Positions 62,746 to 64,000 of a stretch of DNA of 64,000 nt are shown piece after piece; the stretch's first letter is position 1, and the number at the start of each line of letters is the position of its first letter. The stretch is from Vicugna vicugna (Eukaryota), in assembly GCA_013265495.1 (NCBI GenBank), contig MU058009.1:994001-1058000 (forward strand). The letters are read 5' to 3'. Under the pieces are notes generated by a model. It saw only the letters and a list, made by a program, of their open reading frames with translations. It had not been told where the DNA came from and searched no databases. A program made the translations under genes and the position numbers.

Positions 62746-62874
62746 TCATATTCTATTCTACATGTGTTCTTATTCTATTAATAAGAAGCAGAGGTTATCA
62801 ATCAACAGCATGAAAAGGTCAACAGTGAAACTTAGAACTAATGGACATCACGAAGTCAAGGTTAGAGACAGGTG

Positions 62875-63323
62875 TGCAGCAAGGTGGTCGATTGCATCAA
62901 TGGCCTCAATTCTTCACGCCTTCCCTTATCTGTTGCCCCTGCTACGGGACTTTTAGTGCCCTTCCGCACTGACTCTGGGCTTGGGCAAAGACCTGCCTTG
63001 GTCAGTGGGCTTTGCAAATAGGATCTAAGCAGAGTTTGAGGTGGGTGTGTACTGTGGGGCCAGTTTTCCCCCATGACCCCACCATGAGGACATTTTCCAT
63101 CTGTCCTGCTGGCGATGAGAGACCCCGTGGTCACCTTTGTGACCTTAGCTCACCAGCAACTAACTGCTAGACATGAGGGTGACCTCAGCCAGGACCAGAC
63201 CCACCCAGCCGGTCCAGCCACAGCGCTGACGCAAAGCCGCGAGCTTAACAAATGCTACTGCAATCCACTGAGTCCTGGGGTAGACGGTTACACGGCATTA
63301 TTATGACAATAGATTCTGATTCA
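62875..63323 (+). mobile_element. MLT1 (ERVL-MaLR) solo LTR
   Basis: 'tcaatggcctcaattcttcac...tgactctgggcttggg...ccactgagtcctgggg...ttacacggcattattatgacaatagattctgattca'. Confidence 0.8.
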
Positions 63324-64000
63324 ACGGGGTGTGATGACTACTAGTTGATTAGAAGTCACAACAGAAACCCCTGCTTCACTGCAAAGATACTCATCCCATT
63401 AGGACTCACTGAGGGCAGCATTGCTCAAATGCCATTCTCTCCAGTCGGTTTGTAGTCCACCAAGTGCACAGCTTTATTTTCTGGGGGGAAATGCCCTTAA
63501 TAAAATACTCAAGCACTCAAGTTCCTGGAAAGATTTCCATACCCATCCCCCCCATAGGTATTAATACACTGACGTTCAGATTAATTTATCAATCTCCTAG
63601 AAGTTTAGTTAGCATTAAAATGTCCCCATCAAACTGGGGCAAAGACAAGCTGCACTCTGGGAGCTGGGAGCTGGGGTCGATCTGGGCGGCGTACCAGCGC
63701 CCTGGCATTGGACAGGGCTTCCCAGCAAAGCCAAGCCTAATTTTCTCTGGCTGTTGCTATGTTCTTTTCAGAATCCTTTAACCTTCAACACCAAACATTA
63801 AACTGAGTGTGTGAATCAGAGAAGTACCAAAATTTAAAGGTAGAAATCCACTGCTTATGAACTCATTAAACATCATTAAGTTTCTCTCCAAACACTGTTT
63901 CGGGGAAAAGGACCTTGTCAGTCTGATGGGCATGTCAGGCTGTCAGAGACTGAAGTCATCATCTATTTGAATTACAAAAGTAATGATAAAAATGTCCACT

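Noticed and set aside
1..64000. A novel multi-gene biological system
   Set aside because: No recognisable protein-coding genes, operon-like structure or RNA arrays; content is explained by ordinary mammalian repeats and non-coding DNA.

Overview
Mammalian nuclear genomic DNA, most likely from a camelid (camel/llama/alpaca). That call is inferred from a tRNA-derived Vic-1-type SINE at ~62.6 kb and from two young L1 3' ends of a cetartiodactyl type. The window reads as intronic or intergenic sequence. It is dense in ancient eutherian repeats (MIR, L2, L1M, MER3/MER5A/MER94 DNA transposons, MLT1 and ERVL LTRs) and also holds one ERV solo LTR, microsatellites and several repeat-free stretches that look like enhancers. 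I could not recognise any protein-coding gene, RNA gene, CRISPR array or prokaryote-type system. The ORF track looks like noise from repeats and low-complexity DNA. A few isolated minus-strand exon-like segments can be joined in frame, but the peptide resembles nothing I recognise, so this is speculative. The clearest oddities are structural: a perfect 29-bp copy of the LTR poly(A) region 1.9 kb upstream in non-LTR DNA, a 34-bp tandem duplication, nested transposon insertions with readable target-site duplications (TSDs), and a probable 5'-inverted L1. I found no convincing new biological system. Repeat names come from remembered consensus sequences, not from a search, and repeat boundaries are approximate.
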